The notes under the pieces are model-generated. The model did no database searches. It had not been told where the DNA came from and was given only the letters and a program-made list of their open reading frames with translations. Shown piece after piece: positions 62,922 to 64,000 of a stretch of DNA of 64,000 nucleotides; the stretch's first letter is position 1; every line of letters starts with the position of its first letter. The stretch spans positions 19,096,001 through 19,160,000 of the forward strand of contig OY740794.1 of assembly GCA_963514005.1 (NCBI GenBank), read 5' to 3'. A program made the position numbers and the translations under genes. The DNA comes from Raja brachyura. Its lineage: Eukaryota.

Positions 62922-64000
62922 ATCCCATTTTCTAATCCTGCCAGATTCTACCACTCACCTACACACAAGGGTTGATTTACAGAGGCCAACTAATTCACCA
63001 ACTTCCATGTCTTTGGGATAAGAGATGAAACTGGAAATGCGCGGAAGAAACCGACACGGTCACAGGGAGAACGTGCAAACTCCACACAGTCAGTGCCAAA
63101 GCTTGGGATTACACTATTTTCTAAATGCAAAGGGTGGCGAGTGTATGGAAGAGCTGCCATAGGTGGTGGTTGAAGCAGGTATTTTCACAGCATTTAAGAA
63201 ACATTTAGATAGGTGCATGGATAGGATAGGTTGAGAGGGATATGGACCAAACGCAGGCTACTGGGACAAGTGTAAATGGGGCATGTTGGGCAGTGTGGGC
63301 AAGTTGGGCTGAAGGGCCTGTTTCCACACTGTATGACTTTATGACTCTAAGACTCTATGCCAGGGTCTTTGGCACTGTGAGGCAGCAGCTTAATTAGCTG
63401 TACTATTGTTGCAGTCTGTCTCTAAACTCGTACCTGGAATAAAGTGACAGATGTCCTCTGTTGAGTGAGTACCAGGAATTAGCAGTAAAATTGGAATGTA
63501 GCAGCACAAGAATATTAATATCAAGAATATTACTGGTGCCATCTGCTATTTGGCATAGGGAAAATCACAAATGTAGGTGAGGGTGGGGGTTTGTGGGGGG
63601 GTTAGTCATGGTTTGTGACCAATTATGGTACCAATTTATGGATAAATGGAGAGCACTCGCTCCCCTCCGCTGTGCCTCACCTGGACTCCCACCAATTTGA
63701 CCCCCCCTGCTATTTTCCTCATCCTGGCGTCACAAGCCACAACTCTTCAAACCTGTTTCGTACCTACTGTTCTTCTCTCTGGCCTTTGTTCCAGCCATCT
63801 ACCTGTCAAAAATAAACTCTTGCCTGTGTTGGCCTATTATGCTCCATGCTTTATCCTGCCTCTCCCCTTCTCCAGCTTTCTTCTTCCCACCCGCTACAAT
63901 CAGTCTGAAGAGGGTGTCAAACTGAAACACCATCTATTAATGTTCTCCAGAGATGCTGCCTTACCTGCTAGGTTACTCCAGCACGTCTTTCTAATTCATG

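Overview
Eukaryotic, repeat-dense vertebrate DNA, most likely a cartilaginous fish such as a skate or ray (inferred from HE1/V-SINE-like tRNA-derived SINEs and CR1/HER1-like LINE tails). I found no intact cellular protein-coding gene. The window opens with a CpG-rich promoter-like stretch (NRF1 motifs, a 36-bp perfect palindrome). The rest is mostly decayed and nested mobile elements: CR1, L1, L2, RTE and Vingi-like LINE fragments, HE1 SINEs, a Tc1 with both ends, PIF/Harbinger MITEs, a hAT-like non-autonomous element, several Helitrons (one with a PIF1 helicase remnant), an internally deleted HERO-like element and Penelope-like (GIY-YIG) elements. The most interesting signals are four. (i) More than 15 short Penelope-derived elements carry a minimal hammerhead-ribozyme core (CTGAAGA-A-GGGTCTCGACCC-GAAAC-GTC) and often occur as fold-back pairs. 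(ii) A HERO-like element sits between ~515-bp direct repeats. (iii) A possible degenerate Ig V-set exon is present in three copies. (iv) There is a truncated histone H2B pseudogene. All family assignments are by eye from motifs, no searches were run, and boundaries without TSD/TIR evidence are approximate.
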